Source: an uncultured bacterium
GTDB lineage: Bacteria > Oederibacteriota > PGYV01 > Palsa-1178
Reading direction: 5' to 3'
Length of the DNA stretch: 64,000 nucleotides
Assembly: GCA_937889595.1 (NCBI GenBank)
Contig: CALAOR010000057.1
Location: forward strand, 7,500 to 71,499
Below are positions 17,737 through 26,709 of the stretch, one piece after another (position 1 is the first letter of the stretch; each line of letters begins with the position of its first letter). Position numbers and translations under genes: made by a program. Under the pieces are notes generated by a model, which was given only the letters and a program-made list of their open reading frames with translations, had not been told where the DNA came from and searched no databases.

Positions 17737-18075
17737 TTATACAGCGTACTCCCCGCGTTCACCCGTCCTGATCCTCACCACGTCAGTAATGTCCGAAATG
17801 AATATCTTGCCGTCCCCTATCCTTCCGGTCCTTGTTATTTCTATTATCCCGCCGAGGGTTTTCTCGACATCAGAATCTTTCAGGACAATTTCTATCTTTA
17901 CTTTCGGCAGAAACTCCACTGTCACGTCCTGTCCTTCCAGGACGTCATTTTTTCTTTTCTGAAAACCATAACCTTCCACGTTTGAAATTGTTATACCGTT
18001 TATTCCCATTTCCATGAGCTTTCTTTTTATAACCTCGAACTTCACCGGCTGCACTATTATGGTCAGTTTTTTCAT
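17737..18075 (-). CDS. PII (GlnB/GlnK) family signal-transduction protein. Probable start at MKKLTII, abutting the TPR gene stop.
   Basis: FLPKVKIEIV, GRIGDGKIFI and VVRIRTGE align with the E. coli GlnB B-loop and C-terminal regions. The T-loop lacks the Tyr51 uridylylation site. Confidence 0.85.
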   Translation of the reverse strand: MKKLTIIVQPVKFEVIKRKLMEMGINGITISNVEGYGFQKRKNDVLEGQDVTVEFLPKVKIEIVLKDSDVEKTLGGIIEITRTGRIGDGKIFISDITDVVRIRTGERGEYAV

Positions 18076-20273
18076 TTGATCAGTTTCTTCCTCGAAGATG
18101 ACGGCGAAAGCAGGAGTTCCTTTCTCCATACTTCCACCATTCTTATGTTTTCCTGCGCCGACCTTGACAATTCGCTGTCAGGCGTTATTTGCATATATTT
18201 TTTCCACATTTCTATGGCTTCATTCCACCATCCCTTGAACCTGTAAACCTCACCGAGTTTAAAAAACACTTCCACTATTTCAGGGCTCAATTCAATTGCT
18301 TTGTGATATTCGATGTCGGCTTCATCCCACCATTCTTTTTTAAAATAAGCGTTAGCGAGGTTAAAATGCCCGCGGCCATTCTGGGGGTTCCTGGAAACCA
18401 CGGAAATAAACACCTTAACGGCAGCATCAAAATCGAAGGTATCATAGAGCACGGACCCCATATTGTTCAGGGCATCCTGATTGTCAGGCTCTATTTTCAA
18501 TACTTTGTTATATTCTACAATAGCCTCCTGCAATTGTCCAGTATTTCTATACTCATTGCCTAGATCATAGGCCACGGAAGCGTTTGACTGGGCCTGATTT
18601 TGTTTTTCCTTTAATTTTTCTATGGTTTCCTTGAATACGACGTCTTTTTTCATCGCTGAATCCAGGTTTTTTTTGGCAACCGCGTACTCGGGATTTATCC
18701 TTAAAGCCTGGTCAAAAAAACGCTGGGCTTCCTTGAAAAAATTCTTTTTATAGTAAGCCACGCCAAGGTTATTATATGCCTTATAATATTCCCTGTCTAT
18801 TTCCACCGCCTTTTGATACTCTTCTATGGCTTTTTCAATATTACCGAGATTCTTATACGCTACCCCCATTGAATTATGGGCCACTGCATTATTCGGTTGG
18901 ACAGACAGGGTTTTTTGATATTCTATAATAGCCTCTTCATTCCTTCCTTTATCGGTTAAAACAAGTCCTAGGTACAGGTTTATCTCGGGCTTTTTTATGT
19001 AATTAGGCAGTATTTCAAGCGCGCGCCTGAGTTCGTTCACTGCCTCGTCATACCGCTTCAGTTTGTAATAGGATACCCCCAGGTAATAGTGGGCCTCATC
19101 GTCATAGGCTTCTTTGACCAGGTGCCGTTCGAGCACTTCTACAGCTTCCTGGATCTTTTCTTCCTTATACAAAAGTATGCCGCGTTCCAGTTCTATCCTT
19201 ACATATTCAGGGTTTTCTTCCGCAATCGCGTCCAGTACCTGTTTTGTTTTTTCAAATTCCTTCATTTCCCTGTAGGCCACCGCTATGTTGACCTTTGCCT
19301 CCACCATATCGGGCTTCAGCTTTAATGTCTGTTTGAATATCTCAACAGCTTCCTTTAGTATTCCTTTTTTTATCAGAAGCTCGCCGAAGAAATTATAGTA
19401 GGCAGGCTGCTTGGAATTATAGTGGATCGCCATTTTTATCTGGTTTATCGCGTCGTCGGTGTAGCCTTTAAGTTTGTAGACTTTTGCGAGGTTAAAATAC
19501 GCTTCTTCTTTTCTCTTTTCATCGGGAAGTTTTTCCACTTCCTCGCCCCGTTTTACTGCGGAATTGGTTTCATAATAATCTATGACAAGGCTTTTATTTG
19601 ACTGTATGAAAGCCGGGTTTAATTCTACGGCATGGTTATAGCACATACCCGCTTCCTCGTCTTTGCCTGTCTCGCCGTATACAAAACTTAAATTATAATA
19701 GGCGAGCGCGTATTCCTTGTTAAGCTGTATCGCTTTTTTCAGCTGTTCTTCCGCCTCGTCGTACATTCCGGTTTTATAAAGTGTTTCACCGAGGTTGTTG
19801 CGCAGTTCCGCGTAATTCGGGAATTTTTTCAGGGCCTCCCTGAAGACCGCTTCAGCCGTATTGTATTCACCCATGTTTTTGTATATAACGCCGAGCAGGT
19901 TCTGCGCGAGCAGGTGCTCGGGGTTTAATTCAAGGCATCTTTTAAGTTCTTTGACCGAAACTTCATAATCGCCGGTAAAACTCAGCGATTTTCCAAAGTT
20001 AAAATGTGTTTCAGGATCCGAAGGATACAGCTGGACAGCCTTCTTATATGCGGATATGGCCCTGTCATATATACCGGTCTGCTTGTTCACTGCCTTCAGG
20101 TTTGCCTGTGCCTGGGAATAATTTGGGTTTATGGACAGGGATTTTTTGAACTGTTCTATGGCTTCATGAAACATTCCTTTTGAATAATAATATACTCCCA
20201 CGTTATTTAAGGCGGTCGCGTCATTCTCGGAATTATTTTCCTTCAGTATTTCCCTGTCAGGGGCGCCCGGCAT
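18072..20273 (-). CDS. TPR-repeat protein (more than 15 TPR units)
   Basis: Repeated W-LG-Y-A-F-A-P 34-residue TPR consensus throughout. Confidence 0.85.
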   Translation of the reverse strand: MPGAPDREILKENNSENDATALNNVGVYYYSKGMFHEAIEQFKKSLSINPNYSQAQANLKAVNKQTGIYDRAISAYKKAVQLYPSDPETHFNFGKSLSFTGDYEVSVKELKRCLELNPEHLLAQNLLGVIYKNMGEYNTAEAVFREALKKFPNYAELRNNLGETLYKTGMYDEAEEQLKKAIQLNKEYALAYYNLSFVYGETGKDEEAGMCYNHAVELNPAFIQSNKSLVIDYYETNSAVKRGEEVEKLPDEKRKEEAYFNLAKVYKLKGYTDDAINQIKMAIHYNSKQPAYYNFFGELLIKKGILKEAVEIFKQTLKLKPDMVEAKVNIAVAYREMKEFEKTKQVLDAIAEENPEYVRIELERGILLYKEEKIQEAVEVLERHLVKEAYDDEAHYYLGVSYYKLKRYDEAVNELRRALEILPNYIKKPEINLYLGLVLTDKGRNEEAIIEYQKTLSVQPNNAVAHNSMGVAYKNLGNIEKAIEEYQKAVEIDREYYKAYNNLGVAYYKKNFFKEAQRFFDQALRINPEYAVAKKNLDSAMKKDVVFKETIEKLKEKQNQAQSNASVAYDLGNEYRNTGQLQEAIVEYNKVLKIEPDNQDALNNMGSVLYDTFDFDAAVKVFISVVSRNPQNGRGHFNLANAYFKKEWWDEADIEYHKAIELSPEIVEVFFKLGEVYRFKGWWNEAIEMWKKYMQITPDSELSRSAQENIRMVEVWRKELLLSPSSSRKKLIK

Positions 20274-20275
20274 CG

Positions 20276-20881
20276 TTATTTTTCCTCAAAGAATATATCA
20301 GGCTTAATCAGGGTTATTACTTCGCCCTCATCCTTGATCAGCCCGGAAATATATTTCTTATCCACAGTGAATGAATACTTGGTTATATTGGAGAAACTCG
20401 ACGACTGAAAGTTTCTGACCGACATAACTTTATCAACCAAAAAGCCGATTATCTTTTCTTTGAATTCTATGACCATTATCCTTGTTTCATCCGTGATTGA
20501 GTCCTCCACGCCGAATATCCTGCGGGAAATGGAAATCACGGGTATTACCTCGTTTCTTATGCTGATCATCCCCAGGATGTATCCCGGCAGGTTCGGCAGG
20601 CGTGTTATGTTCCTGTATTTTATTATCTCCCTTGAAAAAATAATTTCCATCCCGAAAAGTTCCTTGTTTATTTCCACGACCACAACAAGAAGCCCTTTTA
20701 ATACATTTATGATATTTTCTTCCTTGACGAAACGCATACGGACAAGTATTTTTCCCAGGGGTTCCTGTGGCTCCAAAGTCTGCTGTTCCTTTAAAGCTTC
20801 ATCCAGCTGTTCTTTCGTCAGGAAACCGGCCTGTATTAAAAGCTCGCCTAAACTTTTATCCTGTCCCTTAAAAACATCCAT
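20276..20881 (-). CDS. CheW-like domain protein with an N-terminal T2SSE_N/MshEN-like (putative c-di-GMP-binding) module
   Basis: N-terminus SLGELLIQAGFLTKEQLDEALKEQ...PLGKILVRMRFVKEENIINVLKGL fits the RLGxxLLxxGLLxxxxLxxxLxxQ tandem motif (the first R is replaced by S). The C-terminal approximately 140 aa is a CheW-like fold (ITRLPNLPGYILGMISIRNEVIPV). Confidence 0.65.
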   Translation of the reverse strand: MDVFKGQDKSLGELLIQAGFLTKEQLDEALKEQQTLEPQEPLGKILVRMRFVKEENIINVLKGLLVVVVEINKELFGMEIIFSREIIKYRNITRLPNLPGYILGMISIRNEVIPVISISRRIFGVEDSITDETRIMVIEFKEKIIGFLVDKVMSVRNFQSSSFSNITKYSFTVDKKYISGLIKDEGEVITLIKPDIFFEEK

Positions 20882-20895
20882 GCTTTATGACCACC

Positions 20896-22068
20896 TCATG
20901 CCCCGCCGAGAAGTTTCAGGTTTTTCCTGATTATCTCGTTTTCAGGGTTTAATTTTAGGGATTTTGTCCAGTAATCTTTTGCTTTTTCAGGGTTGTTCTC
21001 TTTCATTGATATGTTCCCCATCTTATAAAAAACATCCGCAGACTCCCTGCCGCTGTCTATGCTCTTTAAAAAATTTTCCTTGGCTTCCTTGTACTGTATC
21101 TTCCTATAAAAAATATGACCTATGTTCTCAAAAATCACAGGATCGTCCTTTTTAATTGCAAGCGCCTTCTGATATTCCCCGAGCGCTTCGTCGAGCTGGT
21201 CCTCTTCCGCGTATATAAACCCCAGGGCTTTATGGGTTTCAGCGTCCGCGGCGCCGAGCTCCGCAACTTTTTTATATTCTTCCAGCGCTTCCTTTTTTTT
21301 CCCTATTTTAGAATACACTTCACCGAGGATTATATATATTTCTGCGTTCCTGAATTTACTTTTCTTGGCCAGCTCAAGCTGCGCGATTGCCAGCTGATAT
21401 TCGCCTTTTTCAAAATAAAGCACGCCGAGATTAAAGGCAACCGCCGCGTCCCGCGGATTTATCACCACGGCTTTATTATAATGCTCTATGGCCTTGTCAA
21501 ACATTTTAAGTTCCCTGTATACGTTCCCCAGCATGGAGTTAATGCCCGGACTTTTGGGGTTTATCTTTATCACATTTTCATATTCCTCGGCTGCTTCCTT
21601 ATACTTTTTTTCCGATTCAAAAATATAGCCCAGCTTAAAACGCAGTTCTATGTTTGACGGGTCTTTTTCAAGCAGTGCCCTGTATTCGCGTTCCGCGTCA
21701 ATGGGTTTTTCCATCTTTGCGTATAAATCACCCAGCGCGTGCCTTGCCTGGATGTCATTCTTATTGATCTCCAGGGCTTTTTTGTACTGCTCAAGGCCTT
21801 TGTCAAAGTTCCCCATATTTGCATATAATTTACCGAGTTTTATTATGACGTTGACATTCACTGGGTTTATTTTCAGCGCCTTTTCATATTCTTTGATGCC
21901 ATCGTCATAATTGCCTTTATAGACATAGGCATTTCCAAGGAATGTGCGGACTTCCGCGTCATCCTCGTTTATGGAAAGCGCCTTTTCAAATTCCTTTATT
22001 GCCTGGTCATAACGCTTGCTCATGGTAAAAGCAAGCCCCAGATTTATATGGTCCTGTACCGTATCCAT
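20896..22068 (-). CDS. TPR-repeat protein
   Basis: About 10 tandem TPR units (AxxxLGxxYxxxGxYxxAIxxYxKALxxxP). Confidence 0.85.
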   Translation of the reverse strand: MDTVQDHINLGLAFTMSKRYDQAIKEFEKALSINEDDAEVRTFLGNAYVYKGNYDDGIKEYEKALKINPVNVNVIIKLGKLYANMGNFDKGLEQYKKALEINKNDIQARHALGDLYAKMEKPIDAEREYRALLEKDPSNIELRFKLGYIFESEKKYKEAAEEYENVIKINPKSPGINSMLGNVYRELKMFDKAIEHYNKAVVINPRDAAVAFNLGVLYFEKGEYQLAIAQLELAKKSKFRNAEIYIILGEVYSKIGKKKEALEEYKKVAELGAADAETHKALGFIYAEEDQLDEALGEYQKALAIKKDDPVIFENIGHIFYRKIQYKEAKENFLKSIDSGRESADVFYKMGNISMKENNPEKAKDYWTKSLKLNPENEIIRKNLKLLGGA

Positions 22069-22874
22069 TATATTTTTCTGAATATCCTCTCTTTTATATT
22101 TATGCAGTTAAACCTGTCGCGAAAGTCCTGCAGCATAGTTTCCGTCTTGCCGAGAAAAAGTATTCCGTTCTCCTTTAAGGAGTCGTAATAATGCCCCAAT
22201 ACCGTTCTTTGCAGCTCCCGCGTGAAGTATATGATAACGTTCCTGCAAAAAACAACGTCAAAAAAATTTTTTTTGTACGGCTCCATCAGGTTCAATTTTA
22301 TTATCTTTACTTTCTGCCTGATTGATTCTTTAACAGAGAAATTCTTCCCGTCGTCGGTGAAGAAGTACCTGGTTTTCCTGTCTTGCGCTATGTTGTCGAG
22401 CGTCCTTCCCTCATATATCCCCGCCGCTGCTTTTTGTATGGCGATTATATCGAGGTCAGTCGCGTATATTTCAAAACCATAATTCATAATTCCCATTTTT
22501 TCCGCTGTTTCTTCTATTGATATGGCTATGGAGTACGGTTCCTCGCCCGTGGAACAACCGGCGCTCCATACCTTAAGCGGCCATTTTATGTTTCTCAATA
22601 TATCAGGCAGTATGGTATTCTCAAGTTCCACAAAAATTTCCGGGTCCCTAAAAAACTGCGTCACGTTTATAGTAAGTTTATCGAGCAGTATATCATACTC
22701 GCTCCTGTGGTTCTGCAGATAGATAAAATAACCGTCATATTTTGTGAACTGCAAGGACCTCATGCGGACCGCAATGCGCCTTTTGATGTAATTTTCCTTG
22801 TACTGGCTCACATCAAGGGCTTTTTCCAGGCGTATACCGTCTTTTATTTTTATAAAAGCTTCTTCTTCATTCAT
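22068..22874 (-). CDS. cheR: Chemotaxis protein methyltransferase CheR
   Basis: CheR N-terminal domain (TQFFRD) and a SAM-binding domain (WSAGCSTGEEPYSIA; CRNVIIYF). Confidence 0.9.
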   Translation of the reverse strand: MNEEEAFIKIKDGIRLEKALDVSQYKENYIKRRIAVRMRSLQFTKYDGYFIYLQNHRSEYDILLDKLTINVTQFFRDPEIFVELENTILPDILRNIKWPLKVWSAGCSTGEEPYSIAISIEETAEKMGIMNYGFEIYATDLDIIAIQKAAAGIYEGRTLDNIAQDRKTRYFFTDDGKNFSVKESIRQKVKIIKLNLMEPYKKNFFDVVFCRNVIIYFTRELQRTVLGHYYDSLKENGILFLGKTETMLQDFRDRFNCINIKERIFRKI

Positions 22875-24280
22875 TAATTCACTAAACCCTTTGTGCTTTG
22901 TTTATTGCCTTCTTCAGCGGGCGTATTTTCCATCGAATCAAGGAACACCTTGACTATGTGCGAGTCAAACTGGCTGCCGGCGCAGCGTTTCAGTTCGGTT
23001 GCAGCTTCCTCTTTGGTACGCGCCCTGCGGTACGGCCTTTCTGCCAGCATTACCGAGTAAGCATCGGCGACGGCGCATATTCTGGAACCAAGCGGTATTT
23101 TATCGCCAATTAATTTCTTGGGGTAGCCTCTACCGTCAAAATGTTCATGATGATACAAAATGATGGGCAGTATGTCTTCAAAAATATCCATCCCGTTCAG
23201 TATATCCACCCCATCCTGCGGGTGCTTTTTTACCGTTTCATATTCTTCCGCCGTCAAGGTCGAGGGTTTTTTCAGTATCTCGCTGCTTATTTTTATTTTT
23301 CCTATGTCGTGCAGCAGCGCGGCGTGTTTTATTTTTTCGCACTCTTCGGGTGGCAGTTTCATTTGTTGGGCTATCTGCAACGCGTACTTCATGGTTGAAA
23401 ACGAATGTCCGTGCGTATCATGGTCCTTTATGTCTATGGCCATAACAAGCGTTTCTATGATATTTTCATGGTTATCCGACATCTGCCCCAGCATGTCATG
23501 TTTTTCTATTATTATAAAAACCTGGGCCGCGAAAAATTCTGCTATATAAATATCATTGTGTGAAAATCCGGTTTTTTTGTAAAGAACTACGGCGCCGCTT
23601 AAGCCTTTTTCGCCTTTAACCGGAATAACCGTCATAAATCCTTCGCTTATATCCTGAACCAGCCTTAAGAACCCCGCCTGGACATTCCTCAAAAATAACG
23701 GGGACAGGTCATTGTCCGCCACGCGCATTTCTATTTCCTTGTCCTTATATACCCCGTAGGAGTGCTTTAGTGAAAGATTTGTTTCTCCGGGCTTATCCGG
23801 GCCGTATATGAGAACATGGCTGCATCCGCTTAAATTTGTTACATTGCGCGCGAGCAGGCTAAAGAGCTCGGGACGGGTTAAACCTTTTTTTATCTCCAAA
23901 AGCATATCATGGGCGATAATGAATGAATTGGTTATTTTATCCACAAAACTTTTTTCTTCAAGCGATGATTTATCCGCTGCATCTTCATACAGGGGTTTAA
24001 GCCTGATCCTGTCGGAAAGCACGGCAAACGCCGCGTAAACAAGGGTATTAACCGCTATATCAGCAAGGGCGGCTTCATGATGCATGGAATAAAACGCAAA
24101 ATTAAAAAACAAACCGCTTAATATCCCGTTGGCCCATCCCGAGCTGATTGAAACCAGTATGACCGCGGCTCCCGCGGCTAAAAAAACATAACCAGCTTTA
24201 ATTCCCATGAAATCAACGGCCAGCATCAAAAGTACGGCTCCCGCTGTGATTAATACAATGTATCTTTTTTTCAGCCTCAT
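22874..24280 (-). CDS. Membrane-anchored HD-GYP domain c-di-GMP phosphodiesterase with a GAF-like sensor region
   Basis: N-terminal TM helices. HD motif (LLHDIGK) and HHEHFDGRGYP (HD-GYP signature). Confidence 0.85.
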   Translation of the reverse strand: MRLKKRYIVLITAGAVLLMLAVDFMGIKAGYVFLAAGAAVILVSISSGWANGILSGLFFNFAFYSMHHEAALADIAVNTLVYAAFAVLSDRIRLKPLYEDAADKSSLEEKSFVDKITNSFIIAHDMLLEIKKGLTRPELFSLLARNVTNLSGCSHVLIYGPDKPGETNLSLKHSYGVYKDKEIEMRVADNDLSPLFLRNVQAGFLRLVQDISEGFMTVIPVKGEKGLSGAVVLYKKTGFSHNDIYIAEFFAAQVFIIIEKHDMLGQMSDNHENIIETLVMAIDIKDHDTHGHSFSTMKYALQIAQQMKLPPEECEKIKHAALLHDIGKIKISSEILKKPSTLTAEEYETVKKHPQDGVDILNGMDIFEDILPIILYHHEHFDGRGYPKKLIGDKIPLGSRICAVADAYSVMLAERPYRRARTKEEAATELKRCAGSQFDSHIVKVFLDSMENTPAEEGNKQSTKGLVN

Positions 24281-24291
24281 ATTTTCACCGT

Positions 24292-25509
24292 TTATTTGGC
24301 GGACTTTACCACGTCGCCGGCATTAATTACGCCTTCCTGTTCCGTGACAACCGCCACGCTTGTATCCTTCATGGAATTTATTACCATAAGTTTTCCTGTC
24401 TTGTGATAAACATCATTATTACCCGTGGCCTTATTTAGTATGGACCTGTAAACGGTCATTATTTCGCCGGGCATCAACCCGGCTTTTACCCCTTTATTCA
24501 GGTAAACTATGTCTTTCTTTTTAACATTTATAATATTATTCTGGACTTTTATTATGAAAGCCTCTATTACACCGGTTTTCTTTTTTATCCTTGTGGTGAC
24601 TTTATTATAGTAATCCTTAAAGTCCTTCCTCATTTTTATTTTAAAGTTCTGGCTTACCGGCCCGTAACTCTTCACTATATTTACCTTCCATATTCCCTCA
24701 TCGGCTTTTTCAATTATTTTTCCAACCGCGCGGACGTCAATAAGCCTGCCTTTATCTTCGCCTGTTACAATATCCTCAACGTTCTCGTTATCCGTATATA
24801 TAAGGAACTGCATGCCTGTTTTTATGGATTTTCCGACTGTAACCTTTATGTACGCGGACATTCCCTGAACTATAATTTCACTGCCGTCCACGTCATATAT
24901 AAAACCGTCTTCGGGAAAATTGTCGCTGATAAAACCGGCGCGTTCCACCATGACATATCCCGCTTTTTCAATCCTGTTCGTACCTTCCGCTTCCATAAGT
25001 ATTATGCCGCCTGTCTCGCCTTCTTCGGCATCAGGCCCTTCAAATGTCACGTTTACTTCCGACTTGTCCGTATCCCCTTCATCCACAGGCGTTGTTTTCT
25101 TTTTTGATATTATGTATTTTTCAAGTTCTTCCGTTGATGTTTCGCCGGGATTTAAGATAACGATCCCTTCTTCCTCCGGGGATGCCGTGTTGTCTATTTC
25201 GATTTTATTTACTTTTTCTTCCGTTACCGCGGTTGCCGCCTCCCGGGCAGGCTCCGGTGTGGACATTCCGGCTTGAATCTGCGTGGTTGTTACCGCCGCA
25301 GTTTGTCCTGCAGCTGCCTGTCCAGCAGGTCCAGGAGTAGCTGCAGCGGGTTTTGATGCCGTATCAGGCGCCGTTGTCGGCTGGACTGTAGCTTCAGAGC
25401 TCCCGCTTTTTTCAACCGCGACTGGTTCAGCAGCCGCGGCATATGTGTGAAATAATATTATCGCCATTCCGCAGGACATAAAAAATAGGAGCATTTTTGT
25501 TTTCTTCAT
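24292..25509 (-). CDS. Secreted protein with an Ala/Thr/Pro-rich linker and a C-terminal beta-rich domain. Function unknown.
   Basis: Signal peptide and a low-complexity A/T/P/Q region. First-but-one gene of the chemosensory operon. Confidence 0.5.
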   Translation of the reverse strand: MKKTKMLLFFMSCGMAIILFHTYAAAAEPVAVEKSGSSEATVQPTTAPDTASKPAAATPGPAGQAAAGQTAAVTTTQIQAGMSTPEPAREAATAVTEEKVNKIEIDNTASPEEEGIVILNPGETSTEELEKYIISKKKTTPVDEGDTDKSEVNVTFEGPDAEEGETGGIILMEAEGTNRIEKAGYVMVERAGFISDNFPEDGFIYDVDGSEIIVQGMSAYIKVTVGKSIKTGMQFLIYTDNENVEDIVTGEDKGRLIDVRAVGKIIEKADEGIWKVNIVKSYGPVSQNFKIKMRKDFKDYYNKVTTRIKKKTGVIEAFIIKVQNNIINVKKKDIVYLNKGVKAGLMPGEIMTVYRSILNKATGNNDVYHKTGKLMVINSMKDTSVAVVTEQEGVINAGDVVKSAK

Positions 25510-25523
25510 GTCATCCCCTTAAA

Positions 25524-25919
25524 TTAAAATGATGTTGAATATTGCCGCAGCAGTGTCTTTGCCTGATCTATATTCTTCGCGTCAGGATAAGTTTCTATGT
25601 ACATCTTTAGTGTTTCCCTGACCTTAACCGGCTGGATTTCTTTTTCGTAAATTAAAGCTGACTTAAAAATCAATTCCGGTACCCTGGCTGATTTGCCTTC
25701 ATATCGCAGGTTGTATTTGTCAATGAGTTCCAGGGTGCGTTCAAAATTACCTATTAAATCCATATATCGTATGTTTAAATAAGCCGATTTTTCCAGATCG
25801 GGTTCTTTTAAATTGTCCACGGACCAGGTTTCGATGTACTTGCTTATTCTTTCGGAATCTCCTATTATATAGCCTGCGGCCAAAATTATTATAACGGCAA
25901 AAATCAACATATTTTTCAT
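25524..25919 (-). CDS. Small membrane-anchored helical (TPR-like) protein. Function unknown.
   Basis: N-terminal TM/signal anchor, then a helical repeat-like sequence. First gene of the operon. Confidence 0.45.
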   Translation of the reverse strand: MKNMLIFAVIIILAAGYIIGDSERISKYIETWSVDNLKEPDLEKSAYLNIRYMDLIGNFERTLELIDKYNLRYEGKSARVPELIFKSALIYEKEIQPVKVRETLKMYIETYPDAKNIDQAKTLLRQYSTSF

Positions 25920-25965
25920 TTTTATCCCTCTGTAATTTATTCCCGGGTAAACCCGGATTTTACTT

Positions 25966-26102
25966 ATACTGTAGGAAAACCCTGTAAAACCATGAAATTC
26001 TTTATCGTGTCCGGCACGGATGAAATTTTTCTATGGCCTGTGCGCCACTAAAACCATTTAAGCAGTAGCTTAAGGTACATGGCATACTTTTCCGACAGTA
26101 TC
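25966..26102. mobile_element. MITE-like element, internally deleted copy with both TIRs present
   Basis: Left ATACTGTAGGAAAACCCTGTAAAACCATGAAATTC..., right CTTTTCCGACAGTATC. It lacks the second internal palindrome arm. Confidence 0.7.
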
Positions 26103-26261
26103 AATATATCTATACGAGCATAATTTTATCATTCAATAGGTATTTTGTCAATTTTTAAAATGCTGATTTCAGGATTATTAAAGTAAATAAATGATAAAAA
26201 GATTTTTCATTTAATAAAACAGGTTTTTTGGCGATAAGTAACGGGATTATCTCGATGTTTT

Positions 26262-26303
26262 GACTCTAAAGAAAATCAGAGGGCAAGAAACTTGCCCTCT
26301 GAT
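26262..26303 (-). terminator. Rho-independent terminator of cspA
   Basis: Perfect 13-bp stem (atcagagggcaag/cttgccctctgat) with loop aaa, followed on the minus strand by TTTTCTTT. Confidence 0.75.
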
Positions 26304-26324
26304 TTTTGTGCGTATTTTAGGTTA

Positions 26325-26525
26325 TTAAGCGCCGACTACGTTTGAAGCCTGCGGGCCTTTTGCACCTTCAGATACATCAAAGGTGACTTCCTGTCCTTCT
26401 TTTAGTGTCTTGAAACCGTCTCCCTGAATAGCCTGGAAGTGTACAAATACATCTTTTCCGCCTTCCTGTTCGATGAAGCCGTACCCTTTCTTGTCGTTGA
26501 ACCATTTCACTTTTCCTTTTGCCAT
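26325..26525 (-). CDS. cspA: Cold-shock protein (CspA family)
   Basis: RNP1/RNP2 motifs (KGYGFI, VFVHF). Start at the ATG preceded by GGAGG ([10 protein letters not shown]). A long 5' UTR (about 170 nt) is typical of csp genes. Confidence 0.9.
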   Translation of the reverse strand: MAKGKVKWFNDKKGYGFIEQEGGKDVFVHFQAIQGDGFKTLKEGQEVTFDVSEGAKGPQASNVVGA

Positions 26526-26709
26526 TACCAAAACCTCCAAAAAAATTAAGAATCTTGTAGAACAAGTCTACAACGTAAGGAGAATGTTATCAAAAATTTT
26601 AGGGAAAGTCAAATATTAAATAAATAGTTATGGGGTATTCGGCATCAGTGTAAGAGCCAAGAGACTGGAGCCTGGAAACCGAAACTTAAGGTTTATTATA
26701 AAACAGCGG

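Noticed and set aside
17737-18129. Longer 130-aa form of the PII ORF (MEKGTPAFAV...)
   Set aside because: The N-terminal 18 codons overlap the TPR gene and are not PII-like. The internal ATG (MKKLTII) directly after the TPR stop is the likely start.
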